Under the pieces are notes generated by a model. The model made no database searches and was not told the origin of the DNA. It saw only the letters and a list, made by a program, of their open reading frames with translations. The translations under genes were made by a program, and so were the position numbers. From Narcine bancroftii (taxonomy: Eukaryota): a stretch of 64,000 nucleotides of DNA. The stretch is from positions 307,644,001 through 307,708,000 of the forward strand of contig NC_091470.1 of the NCBI RefSeq assembly GCF_036971445.1. The letters run 5' to 3'. Below are positions 62,637 through 64,000 of this stretch, in pieces (position 1 is the first letter of the stretch; every line of letters starts with the position of its first letter).

Positions 62637-64000
62637 GTAAAAAAAATAAGGCTTTAAATATGTGATTATCAAAATACATTTTTTATTAAAGTTTAATATG
62701 TTGTGGGTTAAAATCAATAATGTATATAGTCTACAAGTGTTGTATTATCTTTGTTGTGTATTTTCTGTACTGTTTAAATATGATCTACGAGTCATTGCCT
62801 TTAATAACCTGAAAGGCTTGCTTTTTCAAATAATGTGCTAATATAGCTGGGAAATAGAATACATCAACACATGCACACTTTGAACAAGCAATATCAAAAT
62901 GCTAGCTCTGTGTAGAGAAGTAGTAGTAGTTTATTTATGTAGTGCATTTAACACAATGTATGTTACTATCTAAATGACAACAGACAGCCAAAATACACCA
63001 GCACCGCCAACATTTTTTCATAGACTATCCAACTTAGAACATTAATTTTTTAAACCCTAACCCATTTCTCCCTATCCCAGCTATGAATAACTTTGCAATT
63101 TTATATGAATGACAGTGCTAAAATCACCAGACTTCAAAGAACAAGCAGTGAAGAAAAATAAGCCCCATGGCAATTCCATTTGGATGTTGTAAGAAGTCCA
63201 GCCGCAGCCATCTTAGTGCTGGTTTACTGGCATTGGCAGGACTTGGATGTTAAAATCTGCCACCTTCAAAAGGGGAACCTACCAACCAAGTCACAGTTTC
63301 CTGAGGCAGCAGGGCAACAGTTCACTTCAAAACCCCCCGACATTGGACGATCCGAACGCCTTGAGGTCTCGCGTCTCAGGTTGACATCGACTACGACCAA
63401 CACACCCTTCAGGATTTCTTGGGGCTATCACTGCTCCGGTTGTATCGGGACACCACCTCCGTCTCCGCCACATTACACGTTTTCCACGACCATCGAAGCA
63501 GGCATCACTGGAAGGACGAGGCCACATCGCCACGCTACCCTGCAGCTCGGTCTCTTCAGTAGGCCTCACTCCACGACCGTCAAGCTGCAAACCTTGTGGC
63601 TTCGTCTCAGCAACCCACTCATTGTTTGGCGACCCAGGTTGCAGTTCCAGAGTCACTGCGTTTCATTGAAAACTCTTGTTGAATCCAGGTTTGTGCAGGG
63701 TGCGTCCCCTAGTTATTACAGCAGTCCTGGGATCCAGAGCAGCTGTTGCTGCGACTGCAGTCATGCTGTCATATTTACAGAGATTCACACTGTTCCAAAA
63801 AAAATCTGAGTGGACGCAAATAGAATCAACTTTCATTTCCTAAAGCTATACCCCACTTCTCTTGCATCATTAAACAGATGTTCCTTCTCTCATTATGGCA
63901 ACTATGTACTCCTGCACCTGTGCAGTATCATCCATTCATCTCTGGATCATAGCATCTCCCATTAATGGTTTTGGACTGCAGCATTTCTGATATACTTCAG

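Noticed and set aside
63180-63809. 209-aa ORF as a novel gene or PRKDC exon
   Set aside because: TTG start, no domain motifs, no similarity to the DNA-PKcs sequence expected next; lies in a repeat-like block.

Overview
Vertebrate genomic DNA, most likely a cartilaginous fish (inferred from V-SINE/HE1-like, CR1, Rex1, Penelope and RTE repeats). The whole window lies inside PRKDC (DNA-PKcs) on the + strand. I traced 19 consecutive GT-AG coding exons (2307-62636; 2322 nt, 774 codons, one open frame, N-terminal HEAT region; approximately human exons 7-25, numbering from memory). The introns are packed with nested transposons. Main observations: (1) a full-length Mag-like Gypsy with no tRNA PBS but a perfect 19-nt match to its own LTR covering the AATAAA, suggesting self-priming; (2) an ORF1-only HAL1-like L1 derivative with an intact 499-aa ORF1, a perfect 15-bp TSD and a strand-specifically C-depleted endonuclease remnant; (3) an RTE LINE with a 5' inversion, inserted into a 280-bp local inverted duplication that itself interrupts an L1; (4) a triple LTR array, a SINE-centred palindrome, a repeat pair flanking the 31-nt micro-exon, and a candidate recursive splice site. 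All calls are by eye; no database searches were run.
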